Origin: a bacterium
GTDB taxonomy: Bacteria; Hydrothermota; UBA3073; JACQXS01; JAQTXJ01
Direction of reading: 5' to 3'
Assembly (NCBI GenBank): GCA_028716385.1
Contig: JAQUPX010000001.1
Location: 282,775 to 346,774, forward strand
Length of the DNA: 64,000 nucleotides
This document shows, one piece after another, positions 9,761-19,221 of this stretch (position 1 is the stretch's first letter; the number at the start of each line of letters is the position of its first letter). The notes below the pieces were generated by a model that was not told the DNA's origin, ran no database searches, and saw only the letters and a program-made list of their open reading frames with translations. A program made the translations under genes and the position numbers.

Positions 9761-10137
9761 ACAAACAAAGAAGAGAAATAGTAATAGGGAAGCATACTTT
9801 CTATCTTGATAAAAGCAATATATTACGCATAACCGTTGTCGGGGAACCGGGAAACGAAACCGTAACCGCAATGAAAACACTACATGAGAAACTCGATGAC
9901 ATAGCTAAAGACAAGGTGAATTTCCTTATAGACCTTAACCGGGCAGGAAAGCCCTCTCCGGAAGTAAGAAATATGGAGAAGTTAATTTACCGGCATAAGA
10001 AAGTTAGAAAAATCGCTTTCTGCGGCGCGCATCCTGTTGCAAAAGTACTTGCAAATTTTACTATATCCGTCACAAAAAAGAAAGATATGCAGTTCTTTGA
10101 CACTGAAGAAAAAGCCCTTTCCTGGCTGAAAAAATAA
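9757..10137 (+). CDS. small STAS/SpoIIAA-like protein, tandem paralog 1 of 4 (fold assignment tentative)
   Basis: 126 aa; shares with the next three ORFs IGKHTxxLxxxNIL...VxG...KVxxLxDL...KPSxExR...KKVxKIAxxGxxPVAKV...KKxxxFFxTxExALxWLK; start overlaps receiver stop (ATGA). Confidence 0.5.
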   Translation: MNKQRREIVIGKHTFYLDKSNILRITVVGEPGNETVTAMKTLHEKLDDIAKDKVNFLIDLNRAGKPSPEVRNMEKLIYRHKKVRKIAFCGAHPVAKVLANFTISVTKKKDMQFFDTEEKALSWLKK

Positions 10138-10149
10138 TAAAAAATGAAC

Positions 10150-10214
10150 AAAGAAAAAAAGATGTAAAATTTTTCAATACGAAAGAATCGGCAATCGTAT
10201 GGTTACGGGAATAA
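10150..10214 (+). pseudogene. 3'-terminal remnant of a fifth STAS-like paralog (internally deleted copy)
   Basis: 10150-10214 is near-identical to 10941-11004 (the last ~21 codons of paralog 3, ...KKDVKFFNTKESAIVWL(R/K)E*); ATGAACAAA at 10144 mimics the paralog-1 start but is out of frame, giving M-N-K-E-K-K-M-stop. Confidence 0.55.
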
Positions 10215-10226
10215 CGCGTAAAGGAC

Positions 10227-10613
10227 GTGAAAATGAATAAAGAAGAAAGAGAAATATTAATAGGAAAGCATACCGTCTGCCTCGGTGAAGACAATATATT
10301 ATATATAACTATTGTCGGAGACATTGACGAAGAAAAAATAGAGATATTGTTTGAAACAATTAGTAAACTTCTGGAGATGGGAAAAGGAAAAGTAAGCGTA
10401 TTAGTAAATATTAGCAAAGCCAAGAAGCCTTCTGTAAAAACAAGAAACCATATCGCACAATTCCATACGAATAAAAAGGTCGGGCAGATTGCCATTTTTG
10501 GACTAACCCCGGTTGCAAAAGTAATGTCGGCTTTCGCCGTAGGAATTACTAAAAAAAGAAATATAAAATTCTTTGATACAAAAGAATCGGCTCTTGCCTG
10601 GCTAAACGAATAA
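10227..10613 (+). CDS. small STAS/SpoIIAA-like protein, tandem paralog 2 of 4
   Basis: 128 aa; same conserved motif set; AAGGA upstream. Confidence 0.5.
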   Translation: MKMNKEEREILIGKHTVCLGEDNILYITIVGDIDEEKIEILFETISKLLEMGKGKVSVLVNISKAKKPSVKTRNHIAQFHTNKKVGQIAIFGLTPVAKVMSAFAVGITKKRNIKFFDTKESALAWLNE

Positions 10614-10617
10614 TAAA

Positions 10618-11004
10618 ATGGAAAAAGGGAAAAAAGAGTTTTTTATAGGGGAGAACAGATTATACCTCGGGGAAGATAAAATACTTTATGCGGATTTTTC
10701 AGGGGAACTTACCGTGGATATAATAAATTCGTTATACGATTTTTTTAATCTCAATAAAACCAAAATGATGAACGAAGGAAAAGTAAAGATACTTATACAC
10801 CTTAAGAATCCAAAGAAATCTTCTCCTGAAGCCAGGAAATTAACATATACGTTGAGTAAAGATAAAAATATTGGCAAAGTCGCCCTCTTGGGAATTAACC
10901 CGGTTACAAAAGTAATCGCCTCTTTCTTTATGGGAAATTCAAGAAAAAAAGATGTAAAATTTTTCAATACAAAAGAATCGGCAATCGTATGGTTAAAGGA
11001 ATAA
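10618..11004 (+). CDS. small STAS/SpoIIAA-like protein, tandem paralog 3 of 4
   Basis: 128 aa; same conserved motif set. Confidence 0.5.
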   Translation: MEKGKKEFFIGENRLYLGEDKILYADFSGELTVDIINSLYDFFNLNKTKMMNEGKVKILIHLKNPKKSSPEARKLTYTLSKDKNIGKVALLGINPVTKVIASFFMGNSRKKDVKFFNTKESAIVWLKE

Positions 11005-11017
11005 TGCATACAGAGAT

Positions 11018-11410
11018 ATGAAAATGAAAAAACAAGAAAAAGAAATATGGGCAGGGCAAAATAGATTATGTTTCGGAGAAGACAAAATACTTTACGCAAC
11101 TCTTGTCGGGGACCTTTCTGCGGAAATAGTGAATACGTTATATGTATTTTTCGAACAAAATAAAAATGAAAATATGGTTGACGGGAAAGTAAGATTTTTT
11201 GTAGACCTTACTAATTCAGGGAAACCTTCTATGGAAGCAAGAAAATTGACTTATGCGCTGAGTGAAAGTAAAGACATCGGGAAATTTGCCATAATCGGAA
11301 TGAATCCGGTTGCAAGGGTAATAGCGGCTTTTTTTATGGGAAATTCAAGAAAGAAAGGTATGAAATTTTTCAACACAAGGGAGGAAGCGCTTGAATGGCT
11401 AAAGAAATAA
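11018..11410 (+). CDS. small STAS/SpoIIAA-like protein, tandem paralog 4 of 4
   Basis: 130 aa; same conserved motif set; 3' end overlaps the kinase start. Confidence 0.5.
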   Translation: MKMKKQEKEIWAGQNRLCFGEDKILYATLVGDLSAEIVNTLYVFFEQNKNENMVDGKVRFFVDLTNSGKPSMEARKLTYALSESKDIGKFAIIGMNPVARVIAAFFMGNSRKKGMKFFNTREEALEWLKK

Positions 11411-12747
11411 TACCGTCAGACAAATTCAAAGAAATTACCTATAACAAGGAAAACCCTTTGCGCGATGAAACAATTATTCGTCTTAATAAGATGATTGAAA
11501 TTGTTATGAACGTGGCAAAAGGAATTTACTCCGAACAGGTTCAACTCTCGGATAAAAACGATGAGATTGATGCGCTTGGGATAGGTATAAATATGATGAT
11601 TGACGATATTAAAAAAAACGTTGAAAGAATCAAAAAAGAAAAAATTAACCTCGATAAACAAGAAAAAAGAAGAACTATAGAACTTAAAGAAGAACGGAAT
11701 AAATTCCACGCTACAGCCGAAAGCATATCCGACGGTATACTCGTGATAGACTTCAAGGGGAATATTCTAATCGTTAATTCGGCATTTGAAAGGTTATTTG
11801 GCATCAAAAAAGAACAGGTAACGGGACGACACGTGCTTGATTGTCTGGAGGATGTAAAAATTTTAGACCTTATAACCCGAAAATTAACAACAGGGCATGA
11901 ATATTATACGGAAGAACTTATAATCACGGATAGGGTAACCAACACAGAAAAAATCTTAAACGGACGAATATCTTCCGTCTTCAACCAGGCCGGAAAAAAA
12001 TTGGGAGCCGTAATAGTTCTGAGGAATATCACAAAAGAAAAAGAAGCCGAGAGAATAAAAAATGAATTTGTATCAAACGTGTCTCACGAAATCAGGACGC
12101 CCCTGTCTTCCATAAAAGGTTTCGTTGATACTCTTCTTATGGTTAAAGTTTCCGAGTCCGAACGTAAAAAGTTTTTAAACATAATCAAACAGGAATCAAA
12201 CAGGTTGAACCAGCTTATTACTGATTTGCTTGACCTTTCCCGTATTGAATCCGGAAGGGTAGAGCTTAAATTTGAACCCGTTGACGTTTTTCAAAAGTTG
12301 GAAGCCGTAAAATCGGAAATTTTAGGTAAAATCTCACGGAAGAAACTTTCTTTTGAAATAAAAGTGCCGGCTTCTTTGCCGCTGATAAAAGCCGATAAAA
12401 ATGCTTTGTTCCAGATTCTTATTAATCTTGTTAGTAATGCAATTAAGTTTACGGAAAAAGAAGGAAAAATTTGCGTGAAAGCGGAACTGTGCAACAAGAA
12501 AGAATGTGTCAAATTTTCTGTCCGGGATACGGGGTATGGAATAGAAAAACAATACCTGACAAAAATATGGGAAAAATTCTACAGGATTGAAACTTCTTCG
12601 CATAAAATCCCCGGAACAGGACTCGGGTTACCTATTGTTAAAGATTTGGTAGAAAAGCATAACGGGAAAATATGGGTAAACAGTAAACCCGGAAAAGGCA
12701 GTGTTTTTTACTTTACCATACCGGTTTTTACCGAAAGGAAAAAATGA
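11395..12747 (+). CDS. cytoplasmic sensor histidine kinase (PAS + HisKA + HATPase_c)
   Basis: 450 aa; no transmembrane segment seen; PAS-like region (ATAESISDGILVIDFKGNILIVNSAFERLFG); H-box NEFVSNVSHEIRTPLSSIKGF; ATP-lid motifs (LINLVSNAIKFT, VRDTGYGI, GTGLGLPIV). Confidence 0.85.
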   Translation: MAKEIIPSDKFKEITYNKENPLRDETIIRLNKMIEIVMNVAKGIYSEQVQLSDKNDEIDALGIGINMMIDDIKKNVERIKKEKINLDKQEKRRTIELKEERNKFHATAESISDGILVIDFKGNILIVNSAFERLFGIKKEQVTGRHVLDCLEDVKILDLITRKLTTGHEYYTEELIITDRVTNTEKILNGRISSVFNQAGKKLGAVIVLRNITKEKEAERIKNEFVSNVSHEIRTPLSSIKGFVDTLLMVKVSESERKKFLNIIKQESNRLNQLITDLLDLSRIESGRVELKFEPVDVFQKLEAVKSEILGKISRKKLSFEIKVPASLPLIKADKNALFQILINLVSNAIKFTEKEGKICVKAELCNKKECVKFSVRDTGYGIEKQYLTKIWEKFYRIETSSHKIPGTGLGLPIVKDLVEKHNGKIWVNSKPGKGSVFYFTIPVFTERKK

Positions 12748-13130
12748 GCGATATAGATAAATTACAAAAAATACTTATAATAGACGATGAATACAACTTA
12801 TGCACGCTTCTGCGGTTTCATTTGCAGATGGAAGGATTCAAAGTGTTTACTGCGCATAATGCGGCAGATGGCGTAGAAGCGGCAAAAACGAAACTTCCCG
12901 ACCTTATCCTGCTTGACGTAAAAATGCCGGATACGGACGGCATACAAGTATGTAAAATCTTAAGAAGAAACCGTAAAACCAAGCATATCCCTATATTTAT
13001 GATTACGGGATTATCCCAGATGGGCATTATGGAAGATGCGTTCAAGGCAGGCGCGAACGATTATATCTCCAAACCTTTTGACGTGACTACAATCGTAGAG
13101 CTGGTTACCGAAAAATTTTCCAAACTCTAA
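12744..13130 (+). CDS. single-domain response regulator (CheY-like receiver)
   Basis: 128 aa; ILIIDDE...PDLILLDVKMPDTDG...IPIFMITG...AGANDYISKPF; start overlaps kinase stop. Confidence 0.85.
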   Translation: MSDIDKLQKILIIDDEYNLCTLLRFHLQMEGFKVFTAHNAADGVEAAKTKLPDLILLDVKMPDTDGIQVCKILRRNRKTKHIPIFMITGLSQMGIMEDAFKAGANDYISKPFDVTTIVELVTEKFSKL

Positions 13131-13544
13131 TCCGCTTCCCTGTCCTATTTTCCTAATAACTAATACCCTATTAACGGATTCTCCCGCACGGGGTGTGCCA
13201 ATTTTATCTTTTCTCTGTGCACTCTCTGTCTTCGGAGTTTACCCCGCATTTTGCGGGGTAGTTTTAATCTGTATTCTGTTTTTTGTTGTTTACACTATAA
13301 ATTTCTTTTCTCTGTGCTCTCTGTGGTTAGACTTTCGTGGCGATGTTCTTTTTTTCCTTGCAAAAACGAAACTATAGTATATTCTGAAAACTAACAATTA
13401 TAAGATACAAATAGAAAATAGTAACTGGTAGTCCCGCTAGCGGGATAGCAATCTCTAATGACTAACATCAAAGAGCTTGCTATAATTTAAGGAGTAATTG
13501 GTTGTAACTGAAAAAAAGAATAACCGTAACTAATAGGAGGAAAG

Positions 13545-15725
13545 ATGCGAAATGTTTTCAGGAGTGTTTTTGTCGGGATAATGCTTATCCCGTTTATTTT
13601 ATCCGGCGAACAAAAAATCGCCGCCCGGTCAGTAAGAATTCAGCAGGATAATGTTTTTGAAACAAAAGGCGGAACAAAAACGGGCGTTCCGTCAGAGATT
13701 AACTACCAGGGATGGCTTGGCGCTGCAGATACATCGGCGGTGACAGGAAAACTTAATATGGTATTTAAAATTTATACCGCATCAACAGGCGGGACATTAT
13801 TATGGACAGAGCAAGACAGCGTGCAGGTGAGCAAAGGGATATTCAACGTATTACTTGGCAGCGTAACGCCTATACCGGACAGTATTTTCAACAACACGTC
13901 TCTTTATCTTGAGACACAAGTTGACGCGGACGTTTTAGAGCCGAGGAAAAAACTTACAAGCGTCGGTTATGCAATAAAATCAAAACATTCGGACAATGCA
14001 ACTCGAGCGGACACCGCGACTTACGCAATCAACGCCAACGTTCAGTACGTGGATTCGGCGAGAGTAGCGGCTACGGCTTATGCCTTGACGGATACGACTG
14101 CTTTCAACGACAAATATGTGAGTGTATCCGGCGACACAATGACGGGGCCGTTTGTTGCTTCGGCGAATTCGGCCGATAATTTGGTTTCTTCAATCCAGGC
14201 AGGCGTAGGCAAAGCAGGGTATTTCGAGATAGCCAATATTACAAATGCAAATGACGTGGTATATAATTACACAACCGGCACGGGAAACGCCGGTTTATTC
14301 CGGATAAACAATGCCGTAAATTCGAACAATGCGGTATACGGGATGACGAATGGCGCCGGGCATGCGGTATATGGTTATACGAACGGCACGGGGAATGCGG
14401 TACGCGCGACTACAATCGGAGCCGGGGATGCGCTGTATAGTTATACGACCGGTACCGGGGGCGCGGGATATTTTAATATAAACAATGCTTCAAATGCGAA
14501 CAATGTAGTATATGGGACTACGAATGGCGACGGGGATGCAATATCCGGATATACGACCGGAGCCGGGCATGCGGTATACGGGCAGACAAATTCCAGCGGG
14601 GATGCTGTATACGGTTATACGAACGGCACGGGCAGGGCAGCGTTATTCCAGATAGGGAATGTTTCAAATGCAAGCGATGCTTTGTATACTTATACAAACG
14701 GCACGGGAAAAGCGGCGTATTTTGAGATAGGAAATGTCGCGAGTTCAAGTCCTGTGGTGCATGCGTATACAAACGGCACGGGAAACTGCGGGTATTTTTC
14801 GATAGCCAATGCTTCGAATTCAAACAACGCAGTCTATGCTTCTACGAGTGGAAACGGGCATGCGATACAGGGGTATATGGCAGGAACGGGCACCGCGGGG
14901 TATTTTTCGGTAAACAATGCCGCAAGCGCAGGCGAGGCAATAGCCGCAACTACAATCGGAACGGGCAGGGCGGGGTATTTTTCGATAAGCAATGCCACGA
15001 ATCCAAGTTCCGTAATATATGCGACTACAAATGGAAACGGAGTAGCAGGGCATTTCCAGGTAAGCAATGTTTCAAGTTCAGGCCCTGCGCTGTATGGGGT
15101 AACGAATGGCAGCGGGGAAGCCGTGTACGGGTCAGGGAGCGGAAGCGGGATTGCGGTACGCGGGAGCACAAACGGAACGGGTAGGGCAGGATTTTTCCAG
15201 ATAACAAATGTTTCAAATTCAAGCGATGTGTTGTATGGAACTACGGACGGAAGCGGGAACGTGGTGCATGGTTATACAAGCGGAACGGGCAGGGCGGGGT
15301 ATTTCCAGATAAACAATGTTTCAAATTCGTCAGATGTAATTTATTTAACGTGCAACGGGACGGGGAATTTCATAAATACGTCTAAAAGCGGTTGTTACCT
15401 TGACAAAGACGGTGTATGGCATACTCCAAGCAGTCGTGAACTCAAAGAAAACATAGAAGAACTCCGTGCGGATGAAGCGATGAGTGCGGTTGAAAAGTTG
15501 AATCCGGTTAAATTCAATTACAGGAAAGGTGGAGGAGAAAGCTATGTAGGGTTTATCGCTGAGGACGTGCCCGACCTGGTAGCAATGAAAGACAGGAAAT
15601 CTTTATCGCCGATGGACATAGTAGCGGCTTTGACGAAGGTAGTGCAGGAACAGCAGAAAAGCATACAGGCGCAGCAAAAAGAGATAAACGCATTAAGGGA
15701 AAAAGTAGACCGGCTAACAAAATAA
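13545..15725 (+). CDS. secreted fibre-like repeat protein with C-terminal intramolecular-chaperone (peptidase S74 / endosialidase-chaperone-like) domain
   Basis: 726 aa; AGGAGG upstream; signal-like N-terminus; about 20 copies of a ~21-aa unit (YTNGTGxAGYFxIxNxSNxxxVVY); C-terminal SSRELKENIEEL...LNPVKFNYRK...GFIAEDVPDLVA...coiled-coil tail fits the tail-fibre chaperone pattern SDxRLKxNI...PVxF...GFIAQEV..PxLV. Confidence 0.7.
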   Translation: MRNVFRSVFVGIMLIPFILSGEQKIAARSVRIQQDNVFETKGGTKTGVPSEINYQGWLGAADTSAVTGKLNMVFKIYTASTGGTLLWTEQDSVQVSKGIFNVLLGSVTPIPDSIFNNTSLYLETQVDADVLEPRKKLTSVGYAIKSKHSDNATRADTATYAINANVQYVDSARVAATAYALTDTTAFNDKYVSVSGDTMTGPFVASANSADNLVSSIQAGVGKAGYFEIANITNANDVVYNYTTGTGNAGLFRINNAVNSNNAVYGMTNGAGHAVYGYTNGTGNAVRATTIGAGDALYSYTTGTGGAGYFNINNASNANNVVYGTTNGDGDAISGYTTGAGHAVYGQTNSSGDAVYGYTNGTGRAALFQIGNVSNASDALYTYTNGTGKAAYFEIGNVASSSPVVHAYTNGTGNCGYFSIANASNSNNAVYASTSGNGHAIQGYMAGTGTAGYFSVNNAASAGEAIAATTIGTGRAGYFSISNATNPSSVIYATTNGNGVAGHFQVSNVSSSGPALYGVTNGSGEAVYGSGSGSGIAVRGSTNGTGRAGFFQITNVSNSSDVLYGTTDGSGNVVHGYTSGTGRAGYFQINNVSNSSDVIYLTCNGTGNFINTSKSGCYLDKDGVWHTPSSRELKENIEELRADEAMSAVEKLNPVKFNYRKGGGESYVGFIAEDVPDLVAMKDRKSLSPMDIVAALTKVVQEQQKSIQAQQKEINALREKVDRLTK

Positions 15726-15746
15726 TAATTTATTCGTAATATCGTA

Positions 15747-15788
15747 GGGGCGAGGCTGTACAATAAATGTACAGGGTCGCCCTTTTTT
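15747..15788 (+). terminator. rho-independent terminator candidate after the fibre-like gene
   Basis: GGGCGAggcTGTACA-ataaa-TGTACAgggTCGCCC imperfect hairpin followed by TTTTTT. Confidence 0.5.
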
Positions 15789-15906
15789 ATTGGGGGCTTG
15801 CCCGCCGTTTTTCTTGGAGGATAATGTCCTGTTGGGGTAGCTGAGAGCCCTCGCTCTCAGCAATATTCTCTATACGAGGTCGTTTTTTTCGTTGGGAACG
15901 TCTTAA

Positions 15907-16530
15907 TCAATCTTTATTTTGAGGGGTCTTTTTTTTCAAATTATGGAAATTAAATCTAATGCTTCCGTAACGCATAGAGTAACTTTCTTCTTCCAGATGA
16001 ATTGGAATCACATCAATTTCTCCTAACAACTCCAGCCAATAAGTAAGGGAGAAACTGGCTCCACAAGCTATAAGCGGATAGCTATACGAGAAAAAAGATT
16101 CGGAATTTCCGGGGGGAACTACGTTTGTCATAATATTATATCTACAAGCAATATATGGGGTTGCGAAATCAATTCTTTTACTAAGATATGCCGTAGCTTC
16201 AAGATTAGCGGCGCCTAAGAAGTTGAATCCAAGCCCGCCTCCGATAGAGAAAGTAACGGGGTCTTTAATTAACCTGGCTTTGAGGCATCCGATCATTCCA
16301 AAGTTAGACACGCGTAGTTCGGAATCAAGATTATCTGCAACGCCTAGTTTAAGGTATAAATTAGAATTATAAAGATACGTAGGGTCATAAGGAACGTTTA
16401 CTAAAGTGCTAATTCCCGCTTCTATTTTATGCGGCGGCAAGGTTTCGCCCGTATCAACTATGGAAGTGGTACAGCCGGACAATAATATTACGGACAAGGG
16501 TAATATTTTCAACAGTATTCGTTTTCGCAT
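15907..16530 (-). CDS. putative lipoprotein / outer-membrane hypothetical protein
   Basis: 207 aa; N-terminal MRKRILLKILPLSVILLSGCTT (signal plus lipobox-like Cys). Confidence 0.5.
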   Translation of the reverse strand: MRKRILLKILPLSVILLSGCTTSIVDTGETLPPHKIEAGISTLVNVPYDPTYLYNSNLYLKLGVADNLDSELRVSNFGMIGCLKARLIKDPVTFSIGGGLGFNFLGAANLEATAYLSKRIDFATPYIACRYNIMTNVVPPGNSESFFSYSYPLIACGASFSLTYWLELLGEIDVIPIHLEEESYSMRYGSIRFNFHNLKKKTPQNKD

Positions 16531-16559
16531 TTTTCAGTATCTTTTTCCTATATAAAATG

Positions 16560-17100
16560 ATTAGTATGTTTTGTCAAGATTTAAGAGTTTTTGGTAGCCG
16601 CAAGCTTTAGCTTGCGCAACTATTTCAAAATGTTAACATATTGACTTAGTAGTAACAGATTTAAGAGTTTTTGGTAGCCGCAAGCTTTAGCTTGCGCAAC
16701 TCTGCCTTTCCCTCTGCTTCCGCGTCCCGTGCATCTTGTCTCTTACAGTCCCTGTTGAAATTCTCTGTTTTTTCGTGTCCTTTTTTCGTAGTAAGTTTTT
16801 CTGTTTCTGTTCTTTTTATCTCTTACAAGTCTTAACAAGTAACAGATTTAAGAGTTTTTGGTAGCCGCAAGCTTTTTACCCTGAGCGTAGTCGAAGGATA
16901 GCTTGCGCAACTATTTCAAAATGTTAACATATTGACTTAGTAGTAACAGATTTAAGGGTTTTTGGTAGCCGCAAGCTTTAGCTTGCGCAACTCTGCCTTT
17001 CCCTTTGCTCTCTCCCCATCTTCGCGTCCCGTGCATCTTGTCTCTTACAGTCCCTGTTGAAATTCTCTGTTTTTTCGTGTTTAGCTGGCGTTTTCTGTTA
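16560..17100. repeat. tandemly duplicated ~290-bp intergenic unit with four copies of a ~45-bp hairpin element
   Basis: (a)GATTTAAGAGTTTTTGGTAGCCGCAAGCTTtAGCTTGCGCAACT at about 16585, 16660, 16855, 16945; flanking TTGACT-containing and CTCTTACAGTCCCTGTTGAAATTCT segments also repeated; the 16855 copy carries a ~22-nt insertion (TTACCCTGAGCGTAGTCGAAGG) in its loop. Confidence 0.6.
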
Positions 17101-17108
17101 CTAACTTT

Positions 17109-18596
17109 TTACTTCACAACTACTATTTTCGATGTGCAGTTTTGTCCGCAAGCGGACAGTCTTGCGAGGTATACGCCGGAGGTAAACCCTGTCGGCGTCC
17201 ATTCTAATGTATATTCACCGGGAACCTTATTTGTGTTTAAAAGAGTTTTAACCAATTCGCCTGCAGTGTTATATATCCTTAAACATACATCGGAATTTTT
17301 TGGTATGGAGTATCTGAAAAGTAATTTGTGGTTAGAGAGTTGTGCATATAATCTAGGCGTTTCCCGAGAATAAACTTTTTCCTGAACACCGGCTATACAT
17401 CCTCCATCCAGGACTTTCAAAATTCCTGTTCCTCCGATTACCACTTCCAATTGCCCGTCCCCGTCTACGTCTCCGATTGAAGGGTCGCTGTCTCCGGCAG
17501 AACTATTGCCAAATTCCCATAGAAGAGTTCCGTCATTATTGAGTCCGCGTATTATTGTATCGTTAGAGGCAAATACTATTTCGGGTTTATCGTCACTGTC
17601 CAAATCGCCAATCGCAGGGCATGACCATATGTGACTTCCCGTTGCATAACTCCAGAGCACTGAGCCATCTTCACCGTTGAGAGCGTAAAAGTTGAAATCA
17701 TCGGAGCCAAATACTATTTCAGGTTTAGTGTCGTTATCCAAATCTGCAATCGCAGGGGAAGAGCGTACGGAACCTCCTGTCGTCGTGTAGCTCCAAAGTA
17801 AAGAACCGTCTTCTCCGTTGAGAGCGTAGAAATCGAATGAGCCGACAACTATCTCGAGTTTAGTATCGTTATCCAAATCTGCAATCGCCGGGGAAGCGCT
17901 AACTCCTATTGGATAACTCCAGATAAGCGAACCATCTTCACCATTAAGAGCATATAATTTATTGTCGCCAAGAACTACCTCAAGTTTAGTATCGTTATCC
18001 AAATCCGCAATTGCAGGCGAAGACCATATGTAACTTCCCGTTGCATAACTCCAGAGTACTGAGCCGTCTTCACCGTTGAAAGCGTAGAACGTATAATCCA
18101 GGGAGCCAACAGCTATTTCAGGTTTACTATCGTTATCCAAATCCGCAATCGCGGGGGAAGACATTACCCGATTTCCTGTCTTATAACTCCAGAGCAGGGA
18201 GCCGTCTTCAGTATTGAGGGCATAAAGTTGGCTGTCATAGGAGCAGACAACCACCTCGAGTTTAGTGTCCCCGTCTAAATCCCCAAGTGCAGGGCAAGAG
18301 CATATTTTACCCGACGTTGTATAGCTCCATATTACTGAACCGTTTTCTCCATTGAAATTATATATTTTATTGTCTATGTCATTACCGGAAATTATTTCAG
18401 GGATGTTATCATTATTTATGTCTACAATTGCAAATTTAGCGAATCCCTCGTTAGGGGTTTGCCATTTGATTCTCATAGAATCGGAAGTTAAGCATCCTTT
18501 GAGTTCAGGTTGAAAACCAGTATTTTGCAGGTCATGATGGAATTTCAGCCATTCTCCGGGCAAGGTCAAAAGGCAAATAAGAAATATATTCAACAT
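17109..18596 (-). CDS. propeller-repeat (PQQ-like / FG-GAP-like) protein with T9SS C-terminal tail; inverted paralog of 29316-30824
   Basis: 495 aa; repeating IADLDNDTKxEVVxGSxDxxLYALNGEDGSxLWSYxTG units; C-terminal sorting tail; N- and C-terminal regions about 80-90 percent identical at nucleotide level to 29316-30824 on the other strand. Confidence 0.65.
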   Translation of the reverse strand: MLNIFLICLLTLPGEWLKFHHDLQNTGFQPELKGCLTSDSMRIKWQTPNEGFAKFAIVDINNDNIPEIISGNDIDNKIYNFNGENGSVIWSYTTSGKICSCPALGDLDGDTKLEVVVCSYDSQLYALNTEDGSLLWSYKTGNRVMSSPAIADLDNDSKPEIAVGSLDYTFYAFNGEDGSVLWSYATGSYIWSSPAIADLDNDTKLEVVLGDNKLYALNGEDGSLIWSYPIGVSASPAIADLDNDTKLEIVVGSFDFYALNGEDGSLLWSYTTTGGSVRSSPAIADLDNDTKPEIVFGSDDFNFYALNGEDGSVLWSYATGSHIWSCPAIGDLDSDDKPEIVFASNDTIIRGLNNDGTLLWEFGNSSAGDSDPSIGDVDGDGQLEVVIGGTGILKVLDGGCIAGVQEKVYSRETPRLYAQLSNHKLLFRYSIPKNSDVCLRIYNTAGELVKTLLNTNKVPGEYTLEWTPTGFTSGVYLARLSACGQNCTSKIVVVK

Positions 18597-18699
18597 TTCA
18601 TCCCTAAGATACGGCTAAACAAACACCTTGTCAATTTTTTATCTGTTATAGTCATTATAGAAAGCCCTTGAGTCCGCCTGCCCACAGTTCTTTTTGGTA

Positions 18700-18870
18700 G
18701 ACCTGCCTTTTGTCATTCTCGTGAAAACGGGAATCCATTTCGTGGTTTAGTGCTTTGCCCGTCCTTTCCTGCCCGCCGTTCCTTTTGGTAGGCCTGCCTT
18801 TTGTCATTCTCGTGAAAACGGGAATCCATTTCGTGGTTGAGTTGTCATTCTGAGTCGAAGACGAAGAATC
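18700..18870. repeat. intergenic direct repeats (two copies of TTTTGTCATTCTCGTGAAAACGGGAATCCATTTCGTGGTT plus a related GTCATTCTGAGTCGAAGACGAAGAATC unit)
   Basis: Near-identical ~80-bp blocks at about 18690-18760 and 18780-18840, read directly. Confidence 0.5.
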
Positions 18871-19221
18871 TCTTTGTTATTTTTTCGGCGATAGTCTGCG
18901 AAAATCCCTGCCTGTCCGCCTCAGGCGGAGCAGGTGCGTCCAAAAAATTGTTTTCTATTTTTCGTGGTTACTTAGAGTTTGTTCCTCTCAGGAACATTAC
19001 TCTAAGTTATCCAGCTCAGCTGGGCCTTCTTTTGTTTTTATTTGTTTGGAGTTTACCCCGCTTTGGCGGGGTGGTTAAAGCTTTTCCATTCTCTTTCTTT
19101 TGTTTTGAACTTTGCGGCTTAGCGACTTGGCGCGAGATATTCCGTTTTCTATTTCTGTTCTCTGTTTTTGTCTCTTAAAGTCTCATCCCTGCCTGCCGGC
19201 AGGCAGGAAGTCCCTGTTGAA

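Noticed and set aside
13545-15725. Prophage, suggested by the tail-fibre-type chaperone domain
   Set aside because: No capsid, terminase, portal, integrase or lysis genes nearby; neighbours are a two-component operon and a lipoprotein gene; treated as a host gene carrying a phage-type module
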